Notes: generated by a model not told the origin, from the letters alone. A stretch of DNA of 37,008 nt from an uncultured Candidatus Saccharibacteria bacterium (GCA_964602725.1 CAZRRZ010000003.1:1-37008); one strand, 5' to 3'; positions 17,428-25,635 are shown, counted from the stretch's first letter. Translations and numbers: made by a program.

Positions 17428-17874
17428 CTAAGCTATCTCCAATCCTTGTTCTCTTAGTAACTCTTTTTCCATCTCAATGAGCTCTAATTCTTTTTTCAAC
17501 ATTTCATTTCTTTCCATCATTTCTTCAGCGGAATAATAGATGGTTTTTTGTTGATAGTCCTCACCAAGAAAAGACCTAATAAAAGATTCACATTGTCCGA
17601 TACATTCCTTGGGCAAAGGATTGGGAAACTCTGGCTTTATTATCTCTTTGATCTCACCATATTTCAACCGCACCGCTGCTTCTCTTTTCCTCAAAGCTAT
17701 ATAAGCTGGATTGCTCCAGTCTTTAATCTTCTTTTGATACTTATGACTCTTTTTGTATTGAGTGAGCTTTACATTCTTAAATTCTTCTTGCTCGCCATCA
17801 ATATCATCTTGCTCATGCCTTGGGCGCATTTTAGAGAATGCTGAAAAAAAAGCTAGTGTGAGAGATTTAAGCAT
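17428..17874 (-). CDS. Hypothetical protein, 148 aa (positional candidate for small terminase)
   Basis: The stop abuts tRNA-Asn and the gene lies directly upstream of terL. The protein is charged with a C-terminal coiled coil (MLKKELELIEMEKELLREQ). Confidence 0.45.
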   Translation of the reverse strand: MLKSLTLAFFSAFSKMRPRHEQDDIDGEQEEFKNVKLTQYKKSHKYQKKIKDWSNPAYIALRKREAAVRLKYGEIKEIIKPEFPNPLPKECIGQCESFIRSFLGEDYQQKTIYYSAEEMMERNEMLKKELELIEMEKELLREQGLEIA

Positions 17875-18255
17875 CTACCACTTCTTAGGTCTGCCTGTGG
17901 TTTTGTCTATTTTGCCAGCAATAGATTCAGCAATAGCTTGATTGCGAGAATTCATAGCAGCAGCAGTCTGTGGAGTTTGTGCAACTACCGCAACTGGCTG
18001 AGGCTCTTCAATAGGTGGCATGATTGGAGGGGCTACAAAATCACCATGTCTTGCCATAGCCGCCAAAGTTGACGGCGCTTGCTTGGGTCCGGTTACTTGA
18101 TATGTGGGCAACGTTGGTGCTGGTCCATAGATAGATTGAGAAGGAGCAGTAAGCTTGCTCTCCACTTCTTTAATCCTAGAAGCAATAAGATCCTTAGTTG
18201 CTTTAGGAAGATCGTGGTTAAGCAGAAGCTCTATAAGGAAGCTAAGTTCAGTCAT
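17875..18255 (-). CDS. Hypothetical Pro/Ala-rich protein, 126 aa
   Basis: The gene is tightly packed, with ATGA coupling at 18252-18255. Confidence 0.5.
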   Translation of the reverse strand: MTELSFLIELLLNHDLPKATKDLIASRIKEVESKLTAPSQSIYGPAPTLPTYQVTGPKQAPSTLAAMARHGDFVAPPIMPPIEEPQPVAVVAQTPQTAAAMNSRNQAIAESIAGKIDKTTGRPKKW

Positions 18256-18503
18256 TTCTTTTTCGCTCTGTCTTTTTTGAATTTATCTTGTTTTTTTATG
18301 CACTTTTTTACAGCTAGATCAGCCAGACAACCACCCATGCTACCATCAACATAACCATGAACATCCTCATATACATCCACATACATATCCCTGGCGAGAA
18401 TATCGATGATGATTTTCAAAACCTCTTTGATTTGAGCGATGTCTACTTGCTTTTTTTTACCTTCTTTTTTACTGATGGCTACTGCAAGCTGATTTAGATT
18501 CAT
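18252..18503 (-). CDS. Hypothetical basic protein, 83 aa (N-terminus reminiscent of HU/IHF helices)
   Basis: MNLNQLAVAISKKEGKKKQVDIAQIKEVLKIIIDIL resembles the HU N-terminal helix pair, but no beta-arm follows. ATGA coupling occurs at both ends. Confidence 0.45.
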   Translation of the reverse strand: MNLNQLAVAISKKEGKKKQVDIAQIKEVLKIIIDILARDMYVDVYEDVHGYVDGSMGGCLADLAVKKCIKKQDKFKKDRAKKK

Positions 18504-19192
18504 GAACCAATTCTTTCTTGAATAATGTGAGATGGCATTGGTTTCTCAAGAACTTTAGCAAACATAGTCATAGACAACTCTTGCAAAGATTTAGCTTGGA
18601 AGCTTCCTTCAAGATTCACTTCACGCAAAGCTTCAGTCATCTTCTCATAGTATTCCTTGGCAAGCTTTGTCTCGATCGCAGATTGCTGTTGAGCATGAAC
18701 CGCAGCAAGTTTTTGAAGTGATTCGTTGTATAAAGTTGCTTGCTTGCTCAATTTGTCTTCCATTTGCATTTTTTGTTTTTCAAGCTCGTTCTTCATTTCC
18801 ATGCGATAAAGCTTTTCATGCTCAGCAAGCTCCATGGACTTCCTTGTTGCCAAGATGTCATATTCTGCTTGGAGCTTTTTGCGCTCAATGTCGATGATAG
18901 AAGTTAACCTTTTAACCTCAATTTCTAATTCTTTCTTTTGTGTCCACCAATTTAGCATTCCCATTTTATGTTCCTTTATGATGAGAGGTTCGAGTCTAGA
19001 TAATTCTATGTCCCAAGAGCGTATATTAAAAGCATCTTTCGTAGTCTTGTTTAGCTGGTAATCATTAAGAGGCCAACTGCGTAACATCTTTTCATACTCC
19101 TCAACCACTGGATTTGGCGTGCTCATATGAGAAGGAGTTGGCCTATGCATAAATGAATCCTCTGGTGGGATTTTAATAGGTTTAATTCGCAT
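18500..19192 (-). CDS. Coiled-coil protein, 230 aa
   Basis: The central region has long heptad-like, K/E/Q/L-rich sequence. Confidence 0.55.
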   Translation of the reverse strand: MRIKPIKIPPEDSFMHRPTPSHMSTPNPVVEEYEKMLRSWPLNDYQLNKTTKDAFNIRSWDIELSRLEPLIIKEHKMGMLNWWTQKKELEIEVKRLTSIIDIERKKLQAEYDILATRKSMELAEHEKLYRMEMKNELEKQKMQMEDKLSKQATLYNESLQKLAAVHAQQQSAIETKLAKEYYEKMTEALREVNLEGSFQAKSLQELSMTMFAKVLEKPMPSHIIQERIGS

Positions 19193-19193
19193 A

Positions 19194-19532
19194 TCATTTC
19201 ACTTTACCGCCAATCCCAGTTTTACCAGCACCCATGCCCGCATGAACATGACTCATAGGTGTCTCAACTTGTGCGGTTCCAGAAATACCGGCAACCATTG
19301 GAGCAGCGGTTTGCTCAATCTTTCTATCCTTGGGTTTGCCTGGAACATAATAAGCCACATTAGTAGATGGCATTCTTGCAAAGTGCGTAGCCCAAGTGAT
19401 ATGAAGCTCTTTCTCAACAAGATCGTATTCTAATTTAAGATCTTTATAGCGATAGGGGTCTAGCTTTTTCTCGAAGTTCTTGCCACCTAGAAATAGGGGC
19501 TCGTGGAGTGCTGCAAAACTTACTTCAATCAT
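19194..19532 (-). CDS. Hypothetical protein, 112 aa
   Basis: An AAGGAAG RBS precedes the start. The C-terminus is Gly-rich (HVHAGMGAGKTGIGGKVK). Confidence 0.5.
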   Translation of the reverse strand: MIEVSFAALHEPLFLGGKNFEKKLDPYRYKDLKLEYDLVEKELHITWATHFARMPSTNVAYYVPGKPKDRKIEQTAAPMVAGISGTAQVETPMSHVHAGMGAGKTGIGGKVK

Positions 19533-19543
19533 AGGTTACTTCC

Positions 19544-19717
19544 TTATTTAGATATGAAATTAACAAATTTATTAAGTAGATACACAAATATTATTGAGCC
19601 AATAATGATTATTATAATTTCTTCAATAGATGGCGGCTTATCATTGGTATTTGGATGCATACAATGTGAGTAAGCCACCATCATACATTGAGATTCTATT
19701 GTTGGACCACCAGTCAT
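19544..19717 (-). CDS. Possible tail-anchored membrane peptide, 57 aa (not in ORF track)
   Basis: Hand translation gives MTGGPTIESQCMMVAYSHCMHPNTNDKPPSIEEIIIIIIGSIIFVYLLNKFVNFISK. It fills the 19533-19723 gap but has no clear SD. Confidence 0.35.
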   Translation of the reverse strand: MTGGPTIESQCMMVAYSHCMHPNTNDKPPSIEEIIIIIIGSIIFVYLLNKFVNFISK

Positions 19718-19723
19718 ATTTGC

Positions 19724-20146
19724 TCATGCGAATGGGTTGAATTTCAGTTTCTTATAACGCGGTACCTTCAGCCATATCTCTGTAGCTGTTTTTGTAATAT
19801 GAGAAAAGGTTGTTGTACCTTCTGGGACTAACATGGAACCAATCCCTTGTTTGCGGTGGTCCCTATGCACATGAATATAGTCTAAAACGTCTTCTCTGGA
19901 AACCGAAAAGCCTAGAACTACGTCCCTATCATCGGTCAATACAGCCAACCGAATAACAGAATCAGGCTTATTCATAAGGTTTTCTATGAATAGGTGGTAA
20001 TGCTTGAAGTATTCGTCTGAGTTAATCTTTTCAAAATCGGGATTTCCGAAGCGAAAACTTCTAAGCCATTTAGAAAATACTAAGGACTTGTATTGGGGTG
20101 GCAAATGCTTTGCGGGATATTTGTGGATGGAAACCGTATCGCTCAT
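19724..20146 (-). CDS. GNAT-like acetyltransferase-fold protein, 140 aa
   Basis: VVLGFSVSREDVLDYIHVHRDHRKQGIGSML fits GNAT motif A (R-x-x-G-x-G). ATGA coupling occurs at 20143-20146. Confidence 0.5.
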   Translation of the reverse strand: MSDTVSIHKYPAKHLPPQYKSLVFSKWLRSFRFGNPDFEKINSDEYFKHYHLFIENLMNKPDSVIRLAVLTDDRDVVLGFSVSREDVLDYIHVHRDHRKQGIGSMLVPEGTTTFSHITKTATEIWLKVPRYKKLKFNPFA

Positions 20147-20553
20147 TTGTATATTCTCAACTGTTTAAGGTCATAATGTTTTAATCCCCAGATCATCTCA
20201 TACCTTCTAATGATAACCCTGACCGATTCTTTGGTTCTTGATTTGCCGATTTTGAGGAGAGCGCCCATAATATCTTTAATTCTTGCGCCCTCTGAATAAA
20301 GTGTAAGGATGGTTTTATCGATTTCATTTCTGAATTGTGTGTCTTCATCATTAACAAACTTTGAAAGTGAGTAGTAATATTCTTCCTTCATTTCCTTAGA
20401 GAACTTATCGTCTTTTCTGTAACAGTAAGACGCGGTTTGTTTAATGATCAGTTCTTCGCCGTGAAATTCTTCTATATCCTTGAATCCGAGTGTTTTTAGT
20501 TTGTCATACCATTCTTGTTGAAGCTTTTTGAAATCATCCCTGCTTAGCTTCAT
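20143..20553 (-). CDS. Putative DNA-binding/transcription regulator, 136 aa
   Basis: The C-terminal segment ILTLYSEGARIKDIMGALLKIGKSRTKESVRVIIRRY looks like a sigma-region-4/HTH unit. Confidence 0.4.
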   Translation of the reverse strand: MKLSRDDFKKLQQEWYDKLKTLGFKDIEEFHGEELIIKQTASYCYRKDDKFSKEMKEEYYYSLSKFVNDEDTQFRNEIDKTILTLYSEGARIKDIMGALLKIGKSRTKESVRVIIRRYEMIWGLKHYDLKQLRIYK

Positions 20554-20938
20554 CAGAAGCTTTCTTGGCTTCTTCAGCCGCAGTGCGTTCCTTGGCTTTC
20601 TTATTAAGTTCTTGCATGACCGCGTGAGCTACTTGGTTAGCTGCTCCCTTGCGAAGTGAATGGATAAAATAAGCATCTGGCTTATGAGATTCTGTTGGAC
20701 CTAGATGCATGATCATTGTAGCTATTGCGTACTTTTGACCTTCTAAAAATGCTTCTGGATTTTCTTCTCCGCCTTGAACCATAGCACCCGCAATAATACG
20801 GTCAGCCCATTCATCAAACTCAGTTCGACCTAAAGGCAAAGGCCTTGGTTCATTCATTTGATCTACGATTAGATCCGGTGGGGTTGATTTTAGATTCCTG
20901 CCAGTCAGCTTGGCCCAGAGAGAATAGAACAGCTTCAT
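20534..20938 (-). CDS. Hypothetical protein, 134 aa
   Basis: The ORF is tightly packed, overlapping the downstream gene by 20 nt. Confidence 0.5.
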   Translation of the reverse strand: MKLFYSLWAKLTGRNLKSTPPDLIVDQMNEPRPLPLGRTEFDEWADRIIAGAMVQGGEENPEAFLEGQKYAIATMIMHLGPTESHKPDAYFIHSLRKGAANQVAHAVMQELNKKAKERTAAEEAKKASDEAKQG

Positions 20939-21349
20939 TTAGGTTTCCTCAGGTAGATTATCTTTGACTAAAGTTAACAACTCTTTCATTGAAAGTTTTT
21001 GTAATTCTTGGCGCTCATCTAAAGATTCATCATCCTCTACAACGTCGCGAACTTTACCTACGCAGCGATCGAGTAAAAATGATAGGCGAGTAAAATCACC
21101 CTTCTCTAGACTTTGCTGGAATATAGAACAAATCGTTAATTCAATGATGGAGTTATTCGGGTCTTTCATCGCCACAAACATTTGTGACGGACTCATGCGA
21201 GCAAACTTAGAAATAAGCTTTGTAATCTCAATCTGAGTTAAAGACTTAATAGCTTTAAGCTCGGGAGGTAGCTGAGGAACCCCCCCTGGATTACCAGATT
21301 GCCCTTTAACCCATGGTCTTAGGTTTTTTAAACTAGCGGAATTTGCCAC
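20939..21349 (-). CDS. DUF5681-like protein with WxKGQSGNPGG motif, 136 aa (alternative small-terminase candidate)
   Basis: The GTG start is needed to include RPWVKGQSGNPGGVP. I recall this motif from phage small-terminase-like and DNA-binding proteins. Confidence 0.45.
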   Translation of the reverse strand: MANSASLKNLRPWVKGQSGNPGGVPQLPPELKAIKSLTQIEITKLISKFARMSPSQMFVAMKDPNNSIIELTICSIFQQSLEKGDFTRLSFLLDRCVGKVRDVVEDDESLDERQELQKLSMKELLTLVKDNLPEET

Positions 21350-21352
21350 TGC

Positions 21353-21559
21353 TTAGCTCTGTGCTCTGTATGATTTTATATCATCTCTGATTTTCATCAA
21401 CTCATCAAAGTCATGTGAGCAAACGCCATTACGCTTTGCGCGTTCTAAAACCGTTTTAACCCTGACTCTGTATTGTTCAGCTACTGCGGGCTTTTTTAAC
21501 ATAAGCCACAACTCAATAAGCTTGAAGATGATGTTTGCGATTAGCATGAGCATTGCCAT
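21353..21559 (-). CDS. Small membrane protein, 68 aa
   Basis: The track start at 21673 is TTG and lies inside a predicted promoter. The first ATG (21559) has AAGGA four nt upstream. The N-terminus MAMLMLIANIIFKLIELWLML is hydrophobic. Confidence 0.5.
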   Translation of the reverse strand: MAMLMLIANIIFKLIELWLMLKKPAVAEQYRVRVKTVLERAKRNGVCSHDFDELMKIRDDIKSYRAQS

Positions 21560-21662
21560 AAATTTCCTTACTTGGAAATGTCTGAAGGACTTTAAAGCTA
21601 TTAAACTTAAGTCCTCCAAACTCGAATCATTTTGGAAGATTAACTTTTTTAAAGGTAATTTA

Positions 21663-21691
21663 ATCGTATTCAATCAAAAAACATTTGTCAA
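21663..21691 (-). promoter_or_regulatory. Sigma70-like promoter (TTGACA - 17 nt - TACGAT)
   Basis: On the minus strand, TTGACA lies at 21691-21686 and TACGAT at 21668-21663, with an exact 17-nt spacer. Confidence 0.35.
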
Positions 21692-21707
21692 TGCCAGCCG
21701 TAACATA

Positions 21708-21716
21708 TTGATATCA
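21708..21716. promoter_or_regulatory. TTGATATCA palindrome, fourth site
   Basis: This is the same 9-mer as at 15811 and 15848. It lies 17 nt upstream of the -35 element of the predicted promoter. Confidence 0.3.
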
Positions 21717-21780
21717 TTAGTTTATACAGATTCACTCATGAACTATTAGGCTATTCCGTAGAGTTCCTTAGGAGGAAGTT

Positions 21781-21960
21781 ATGACCTACGATCAATTTAT
21801 GCAGGAATCCAATCGAGTGAGTGCTTTAATTTTATCGGCCAAAAGTGACATTGAAAGAACGCTTGCGGGCGCCCATCTTGAGTGGATACACGATCTTTAC
21901 AAGGCTGAGCTTAAACGTCAGCGTGAAGCTCAATGTAATCGCGATCCGCATACTGCTTAA
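21781..21960 (+). CDS. Possible 59-aa protein on the opposite strand (not in ORF track)
   Basis: AGGAGG at 21770-21775 lies 5 nt before the ATG. The translation is MTYDQFMQESNRVSALILSAKSDIERTLAGAHLEWIHDLYKAELKRQREAQCNRDPHTA. Its last 50 nt overlap the 3' end of rusA convergently. Confidence 0.4.
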   Translation: MTYDQFMQESNRVSALILSAKSDIERTLAGAHLEWIHDLYKAELKRQREAQCNRDPHTA

Positions 21961-22282
21961 CAGCTGTACAAATATTAATCTGGGAATCGTCTGCCCAAAT
22001 TACCCCATTCATGGCGTCTTTTACCGCCTTTATGAGGTTATCCAGGTCAGGGCGGCATACATGGGGCCCAACCTTGCCTTTAGGACGTTTAAAGTTGAAT
22101 ACAAGCCTCAGAGATACCGCACTTTCAAAAGGCTTAAAACCTTTGGAGAGTTGTGCCATGGCTAGATACTTTAGATCAGTCTCGAAATTCTTGGTTTTCT
22201 CAGGTGTGTAAACATTATGACGAGATAGTCTAGGTCTACGTTTGGGGATAGGTCTGATGGGGAATTCTAGAGAAATTAGCAT
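21911..22282 (-). CDS. rusA: RusA-family Holliday-junction resolvase, 123 aa
   Basis: PIPKRRPRLSRHNVYTPEKTKNFE...LRLVFNFKRPKG...RPDLDNLIKAVKDAMNGVIWADDSQI matches the RusA pattern, including the catalytic D-x-D-N and DD residues. It is the first gene of the leftward operon. Confidence 0.8.
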   Translation of the reverse strand: MLISLEFPIRPIPKRRPRLSRHNVYTPEKTKNFETDLKYLAMAQLSKGFKPFESAVSLRLVFNFKRPKGKVGPHVCRPDLDNLIKAVKDAMNGVIWADDSQINICTAVKQYADRDYIELHADV

Positions 22283-22592
22283 AACAAAAACAATAACATA
22301 CTAAAAATATATTGACTACTCATATGGACATAGGCATTTTTAAAATAGTCCCGTGAATACGGAACCGCACCACGAATTCTGAATTCCTTCAATCTTTAAA
22401 CTAGATTATTTCTGATATAAACTTAAATCCCTGTCATTTTATAATATTAAATTTTATTTTTGATTTTGAATCAGAAGAAAAAAAGACAAATAATATTTGA
22501 ATGATAAGCGAGTCCGTAGGACGAGCGCCATGAATGAAACATCAAGGTAGAATCGGAAATAACAAGCCAACCGGCGAATGAATAACTACGCC

Positions 22593-22621
22593 TTGACATA
22601 GCTGATTAAATTTCGTACATC
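22593..22621 (+). promoter_or_regulatory. Weak sigma70-like promoter candidate for the rightward operon (TTGACA - 17 nt - TACATC)
   Basis: The -35 element is perfect but the -10 matches only 3 of 6 positions. It lies 29 nt upstream of the 22650 ATG. Confidence 0.25.
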
Positions 22622-22649
22622 ACTTATCCAACTAACTGGAGATTCCAGA

Positions 22650-23027
22650 ATGTTCGATGAAAACACCCCAATTCCATATGGACCTTTACAAGGCCAGAAA
22701 TTAAACGAGATTGATGACAGAATGAGTCTTCGTCATTGGCTAGCTCTTGCGCCAAATTTGTGCAAAACAGAATCAGACATGGAGATATTAAATTTCATTG
22801 GCAAGCATGTTGATGGAGAAGATTGGATATCATACAAGATGAAGGCGGTACTTAGCGATGTTTACGTGGCCCCATTTGGTAAATTCAAAGGAATGCCGCT
22901 ATCTAAAATCCCAAGAAATGAGCTTGATAGCTATTTGAAGTATCTTGAAAATAACCCAACTAAAGATGCTCTAGGAAAAGAATATCTCGCCAAAGGACGC
23001 GCTTATTTAGCCGTTAATTTGAATTAG
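22650..23027 (+). CDS. DUF3820-like protein (two FGK[FY]KG-type motifs), 125 aa
   Basis: A GGAGA RBS precedes the start. APFGKFKGMPLSKIPRNELDSYLKYL is joined by a degenerate first copy, IPYGPLQGQKLNEIDDRMSLRHWL. Confidence 0.5.
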   Translation: MFDENTPIPYGPLQGQKLNEIDDRMSLRHWLALAPNLCKTESDMEILNFIGKHVDGEDWISYKMKAVLSDVYVAPFGKFKGMPLSKIPRNELDSYLKYLENNPTKDALGKEYLAKGRAYLAVNLN

Positions 23028-23030
23028 TAA

Positions 23031-23474
23031 TCAATCTTTTCTCAAAAGCATCGCCCAATACGTTTGAGATCTGGGACCGTCTTTTGTCAAGTGCCCAAAA
23101 AGTGGCTCCCATTGTGGCATTAAATCAAAAACACGTTGAAGTTTGATGTCATGGTTGTTCCATTTAAGTGCCATTAAAGCATTAGGTTTTGTAACCCTAT
23201 GAGCTTCCTTCGCGGTTCCTTCAATTGTTTCTAATATTTCCTTAGTTGTATGATAACCATATCGCTTACTCATATTGGAATTTGGGCCGCAATTCATGTG
23301 TGGCGGATCAAAAACCACCAGGTCCCAATCTGTAGGAAATAATTTCCCTAGATTTGTCGTGTTTATACAATAATCCGGGTTTACTTCCATTCTCCTGTCT
23401 AAATATAAAGCAAGCGGATGTTTTTTGTTGAACCATATAGCTCTATTACCCGCTGATAAATCTAAAATTTTCAT
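23031..23474 (-). CDS. Small SAM-dependent methyltransferase (DPPH motif), 147 aa
   Basis: Motif I is ILDLSAGN and motif IV is LVVFDPPH. RVTKPNALMALKW is also typical. The target (DNA or RNA) is undetermined. Confidence 0.6.
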   Translation of the reverse strand: MKILDLSAGNRAIWFNKKHPLALYLDRRMEVNPDYCINTTNLGKLFPTDWDLVVFDPPHMNCGPNSNMSKRYGYHTTKEILETIEGTAKEAHRVTKPNALMALKWNNHDIKLQRVFDLMPQWEPLFGHLTKDGPRSQTYWAMLLRKD

Positions 23475-23863
23475 TTTTGAACTAGCTCAAAATGATACAG
23501 GTCTTGAAAGGTATCATCAGACGGATTTAGGTTTTGGTTAAAGTCTCCACCCCAACGTAACGTTACACCCATTCTATCAGCTGTCCCCATCACAAAACCT
23601 GCCACATAAATGAGCTTCTTGACATTTTTTATTTCGTAGGGAATTGGGCTGATGTCGATAGCAAGGGAAGGTTTGGAGTTATGTTTAGAATTGGGCCATG
23701 GCAGTTTTGACGCTCCGCTTGAATAGGCTTCGTTTTGAGCTAACTCATCTCTATGACCGCACACTACCATAAGCGGAATAGATTTAGAAACTTCTAGGAT
23801 AACCTTCCCTAAATCTTGATGAACAGTACTCAATTTATCTTTACTAGCTTGCGATAATTCCAT
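23471..23863 (-). CDS. Peptidase M15-family cell-wall hydrolase (endolysin candidate), 130 aa
   Basis: VVCGHRDELAQNEAY, SKHNSKPSLAID and WGGDF...DLYHFE fit the zinc-binding H/D/H layout of VanY/M15 L-Ala-D-Glu or D-Ala-D-Ala peptidases. There is no signal peptide. Confidence 0.75.
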   Translation of the reverse strand: MELSQASKDKLSTVHQDLGKVILEVSKSIPLMVVCGHRDELAQNEAYSSGASKLPWPNSKHNSKPSLAIDISPIPYEIKNVKKLIYVAGFVMGTADRMGVTLRWGGDFNQNLNPSDDTFQDLYHFELVQK

Positions 23864-23896
23864 ACACTTCCCCGGTATTGTTTTGAATTAATAATT

Positions 23897-24778
23897 ATGA
23901 CACATGACTATTCAGAAATCACCGGAGAAATTATGCTTCCGACTCATCCTAGCCCTAGTGTTCATGCTTTGGCTTTGCGCGATTCTAAACAAGAAAGCGC
24001 CTTAATTATTCAAGGACAATCATGGGAAGCTATGAAACAACAGGCTTCACTTCTTGTAAAATCCGGCTTTCTTCCAGAGAGTATTAAAACAACCGAACAA
24101 GCTATAGCGATCGCAATCAAAGGGCATGAGATTGGTATGCCAATGATGCAAGCTTTTTCACAGATTCATGTCATCAAAGGCAAACCAACTATATCAGCGG
24201 AGGGAATGAATGCGCTCATCAGAAGAAATTGTCCCGGTAGTAAAATTGAGATTATCAGAAACGATTCCTCTGTTTGTACTATCAAAGCAACCCGACCTGG
24301 CGAGCGAGCTTTTGAATACAGCTATACAATCGAGGATGCAAAACGGGCAGGTATTGCAGGAAATCCAAGTTGGTCCAAATACCCTGACGCTATGCTTTTC
24401 GCCCGTTGTATTTCAGCTATCGCCAGAAGGGTGTTTCCCGATTGCCTTTGCGGGATCTCCTACACCCCGGAAGAGCTCGGGGCCGAAGTTAACGAAGAAG
24501 GCGAAGTCATCAAAATCGAAGCAACCCAAGCGCAAGAAACCCAAAAAAAAGTTGGTGATACCGTGGAACATCCCATAGTGATCAAAAAGGACGAAAAATA
24601 TAATTCCAATGATCAAAAACATCGAGATTATCTAAAAAAAGAAGCGCTAGTATTTGGGATTTCAGACAACAGATCTTTATTGCAAATTAGCGAATATTGT
24701 AAAGACGTAGAGCTTACCCATCTAGGTGAAGCAATAGGGCATTACCTGGATGCAAGTATTCCACCCGAAGGAGGATAG
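23897..24778 (+). CDS. recT: RecT/Red-beta-like single-strand annealing protein, 293 aa
   Basis: GMPMMQAFSQIHVIKGKPTISAEGMNALIRR and WSKYPDAMLFARCISAIARRVFPDCLCGISYTPEELG fit RecT-family patterns. The ATG at 23933 has a better SD (GGAGAA) and may be the true start. Confidence 0.6.
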   Translation: MTHDYSEITGEIMLPTHPSPSVHALALRDSKQESALIIQGQSWEAMKQQASLLVKSGFLPESIKTTEQAIAIAIKGHEIGMPMMQAFSQIHVIKGKPTISAEGMNALIRRNCPGSKIEIIRNDSSVCTIKATRPGERAFEYSYTIEDAKRAGIAGNPSWSKYPDAMLFARCISAIARRVFPDCLCGISYTPEELGAEVNEEGEVIKIEATQAQETQKKVGDTVEHPIVIKKDEKYNSNDQKHRDYLKKEALVFGISDNRSLLQISEYCKDVELTHLGEAIGHYLDASIPPEGG

Positions 24779-25111
24779 ATGTTGAAGATATTGTTTGCGT
24801 TATTGCTTACGGGATGCGGATATACCGCAAGAAACAATGAGATTGTGGGCCAAGTAAAAAAAGTATTGAATGTGACTCCTCTTGTTTGTAGTGATTTTAC
24901 GGGTGTTGATATTAGTCTTGGCGTGATGAAAAACGGTGTTGGTTCTATGTCACATGAGGATAAAGAACTATACGTAGACAAAGATGAAAACATCAAAATA
25001 CTTAAAAAAGCTCTTGAAACTGGCGAGCTTGTATCTATTGTATATGACACTAAAAGACTTACGTTTTGCGTCCCAGATCAAATAGTTGTATCTGTGAAAA
25101 TAATTAAATAA
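24779..25111 (+). CDS. Lipoprotein, 110 aa
   Basis: A GGAGG RBS precedes the start. The signal peptide has a lipobox, MLKILFALLLTG|C. Confidence 0.65.
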   Translation: MLKILFALLLTGCGYTARNNEIVGQVKKVLNVTPLVCSDFTGVDISLGVMKNGVGSMSHEDKELYVDKDENIKILKKALETGELVSIVYDTKRLTFCVPDQIVVSVKIIK

Positions 25112-25121
25112 GGAGGTTGAT

Positions 25122-25304
25122 ATGTTAGTTAAAATTAAAGATGTGAACGGAAATGATATTCTTATTTCCAAAAATCATGTTGCATCGGTTCAACAAAACG
25201 TGGTAGCCAACAAGCCCACAACTATTGTGCAAATGGTGAATGGTGTTAATTTCGCGGTTCAACCATCATTTGCGGAAGTAGAAACACTTTTAAAGGGAGA
25301 ATAA
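25122..25304 (+). CDS. Small protein, 60 aa (FlbD-like sequence pattern)
   Basis: An AAGGAGG RBS precedes the start. MLVKIKDVNGNDILISKNHVASV...TTIVQMVNGVNFAVQPSFAEVETLL resembles the FlbD/SwrD-type pattern I recall. Confidence 0.5.
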   Translation: MLVKIKDVNGNDILISKNHVASVQQNVVANKPTTIVQMVNGVNFAVQPSFAEVETLLKGE

Positions 25305-25305
25305 A

Positions 25306-25635
25306 ATGAACACAAAAAGAGCAAAAGCATACCAATCAGTAAGAGATTACCTTAAAAAAAATCCTTCAGCGTCAATTGCAAAGGCTTGCGACGAACTTGG
25401 CGTTAAGCGCTATGACTATCACAACCATAAAAGCTACCTTGCAACTCATAAGAACAAGATTTCAAAGGAAACCGCTAAAAAAAACATTAAAGTGAGAATA
25501 GCTCCAAAGATGCCTAAAGAAATAAGGGGTGGTTTTGATACTTCGGTTTTGAAGTCCGTCAGAGCTATTCTTTCGATCCCTCATTTGTCTGATACGGATA
25601 AAGTTAACCTTCTCAATACCTGCGTGATTCATTGA
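25306..25635 (+). CDS. Putative HTH protein, 109 aa
   Basis: PSASIAKACDELGVKRYDY is HTH-like and the protein is basic. Confidence 0.45.
   Translation: MNTKRAKAYQSVRDYLKKNPSASIAKACDELGVKRYDYHNHKSYLATHKNKISKETAKKNIKVRIAPKMPKEIRGGFDTSVLKSVRAILSIPHLSDTDKVNLLNTCVIH

Noticed and set aside
17354-17440. Reading the 17.4-kb tRNA as an 87-nt type II tRNA (long variable arm) starting at UGGAGAU
   Set aside because: The acceptor stem would have two mismatches and no sensible anticodon arm. The 74-nt fold with acceptor UGGGGGA/UCCUCCA and anticodon GUU is canonical.
21353-21673. Track start (TTG at 21673) for the 106-aa version of this ORF, and the TTG starts at 15798 and 25993
   Set aside because: These starts are non-ATG with no SD. 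At 21673 the extra N-terminal sequence overlaps a TTGACA-17-TACGAT promoter, and the 15798 TTG belongs to a TTGAAA -35-like hexamer. At all three, downstream ATGs carry AAGGA- or AGGAAG-type SD sequences.
22283-22649. Replication origin or iterons in the divergent AT-rich spacer (GAATTCTGAATTC, GAATGAA x2, TTCTGAT/ATCAGAA inverted pair)
   Set aside because: The repeats are short and few and could arise by chance in AT-rich DNA. Without an initiator gene or skew computation, I treat the region only as a probable divergent promoter area.
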